From positions 2,170,001 to 2,234,000 of the forward strand of contig JBHGNT010000012.1 in NCBI GenBank assembly GCA_043228905.1: a stretch of DNA of 64,000 nt, read 5' to 3'. A program made the position numbers and the translations under genes. Of the stretch, positions 62,422 to 64,000 are shown in pieces. Origin of the DNA: Azolla caroliniana. Taxonomy: Eukaryota; Plantae; Polypodiophyta. Position 1 is the stretch's first letter. Every line of letters begins with the position of its first letter. Below the pieces are notes generated by a model. The model did not search any database, was not told where the DNA came from, and saw only the letters and a list, made by a program, of their open reading frames with translations.

Positions 62422-64000
62422 TGTTGGGATTTTCGGTCCCTCCGGATGGGATGTCCGGAGATGAATGACGGCAAGCCTGGTTGCGGTTACGGAACCGGAG
62501 GATGAAGAGTACCCGGTTACGGAGCCGGATGATGAAGACCCCGGCTACGGAGCCGGATGACGAAGACCCCGGCTACGGAGCCGGATGATGAATGTACCCG
62601 GAGAGAGATCCGGATGCGGGGACATATTTGTGAATATGTTTGCCAAGGGCCCTTTGAGGCTATATTTGTAAATAGCCCGAAAGTCATATGTGTATAAATA
62701 TGACTTAGGGCAAACAGTTTAGTCACTGTTGCTCATTTTCTGTTTTCCACTTAGAGAGAGTGAAGAGAGCAGCCGAGAGAGAGAGTGAGAGAGAGAAAGA
62801 CGAAGAGGTCGTTGCCTCTGTGTATTACTGCCGCCTGTGGCGAAGACAGTGAGCTCAAGGTTGTTGCCTTGTGGCTTCACCATTGTACATCTCTGTTCAT
62901 AGTGATAGTTGGAGTTTGAGGACTTTCGTGGTTTTTCCCATTTAGGGTTTTCCACGTAAAACATCCTGTGTACTTTTCTCTCTATTGTCTTCGTGTATTT
63001 TGTATTTCCTATTTTCTGTGAGTTGATCCTATTCCTCAGCTGTGGCCGAGCACCGTGTTCAACAAAGTGGTATCAGAGCACGGTTAACACAGAAAATGGA
63101 AGGCGGCGGTAGTGGGCCTCCGGGCATGATGGTGTTGAACTCACAGAACTACGCCGATTGGAAGATAAAGATGGAAGACCTTCTCATCGTCCGAGACCTG
63201 TACGAACCGATCGACAATGCCGAGATACCCAAGGGGGTAATAGAGTCGGAGTGGAAGCTCCTGAACCGGAAAGCCATAGCGACGATCCGGCAATATGTAG
63301 ATGTAAGTGTTCTGCAACATGTGGCGAACGACACCAACGCATATGAGATGTGGAAGAAGCTGTCGGGCCTCTACGAGAGGAAGAATGCGTTGAACCGGAC
63401 CTCCCTGATGAGGAAGATAGTGAACCTCAAGTACCGGGACGGCGAGAATATGGTGGAACACGTGAGCACGTTCATGGGATTCGTGAACCAGCTTGCGGCG
63501 ATCAAGTTCCCATTGGAGGATGCAATGCAAGCCATCATTCTGATGTGTACATTGCCGGAAAGCTGGGAGAACTTGGTGGTGACTCTCAGCACCTCCTGCA
63601 CGGAAGATAACTTGTCCCTACAAACGGTAAAGACAAGTATTTTGAACGAAGAAGCGCGTCGGAGAGATAAAGAACCGGCCTCCGACTCGAAGGCGCTTCT
63701 TACCGAATCGGAACGGGGAAGACAATGGAACCGGAGTCCGCAAAGACGGGAGAAGTCGGGGACCCGGTCGCAGTCAAGAGGAAGACCCACATGCTTCCAC
63801 TGTGGGAAGCCGGGGCACATCCGGAAGAATTGTCGGCATTACCGAAAGGACAACGGAGCCGACGACACCGATTCGAAGAAGTCACCGGAGAGAAACGGTG
63901 CATACCGGGGAGCCACGGGCCGGAGAGGTCCGGATCGGCGAGGGCAGGACCGGAAAGGAACGACGGCACTCGCGGCAAGTGAGGAAGAAATCATGCTCAT
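62422..64000 (+). mobile_element. Ty1/copia element, 5' part (LTR 62422-63064, iMet PBS 63068-63079), continues beyond the window
   Basis: TGTTGGG...TTCAACA, TGGTATCAGAGC, ~27-bp CCGGCTACGGAGCCGGATGA.GAAGAC repeats in U3, open gag. Confidence 0.92.
63096..64000 (+). CDS. gag: Copia Gag-Pol N-terminus (open to the window edge)
   Basis: MEGGGSGPPGMMVLNSQNYADWKIKMEDLL...LPESWE...CFHCGKPGHIRKNC. No stop before the edge, hence absent from the ORF track. Confidence 0.9.
   Translation, partial: MEGGGSGPPGMMVLNSQNYADWKIKMEDLLIVRDLYEPIDNAEIPKGVIESEWKLLNRKAIATIRQYVDVSVLQHVANDTNAYEMWKKLSGLYERKNALNRTSLMRKIVNLKYRDGENMVEHVSTFMGFVNQLAAIKFPLEDAMQAIILMCTLPESWENLVVTLSTSCTEDNLSLQTVKTSILNEEARRRDKEPASDSKALLTESERGRQWNRSPQRREKSGTRSQSRGRPTCFHCGKPGHIRKNCRHYRKDNGADDTDSKKSPERNGAYRGATGRRGPDRRGQDRKGTTALAASEEEIML

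Overview
Eukaryotic (plant) nuclear DNA. The retroelement set (Tcn1-like chromovirus, tRNA-Trp-primed non-chromoviral Ty3/gypsy) suggests a non-seed plant such as a fern or lycophyte, but that is inference. Three intron-containing host genes are present: the 3' part of a calcineurin-like metallophosphoesterase (+, 151-2415), NSE3/MAGE of the SMC5/6 complex (-, 12645-16624) and an SPX-MFS vacuolar phosphate transporter (-, 32310-36708). There is also one tRNA-Lys(UUU). The rest is mostly nested transposons. A TSD-flanked L1-like LINE carries a young, intact chromovirus. A hAT MITE carries a young Ty3/gypsy element, which carries a related LTR remnant. Copia fragments, a Copia element running off the right edge, two minisatellites and a mosaic local duplication complete the picture. 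The most notable observations are: (1) antisense tRNA-like Pol III A/B-box modules at exact tRNA spacing inside the LTRs of two unrelated Ty3/gypsy families; (2) a tRNA-independent self-priming PBS in the chromovirus; (3) -1 frameshift signals with stem-loop/pseudoknot in both gypsy elements; (4) a mosaic filler-DNA duplication; (5) an LTR+PBS fragment flanked by a 126-bp duplication. All coordinates were read by eye, and no database search was run.
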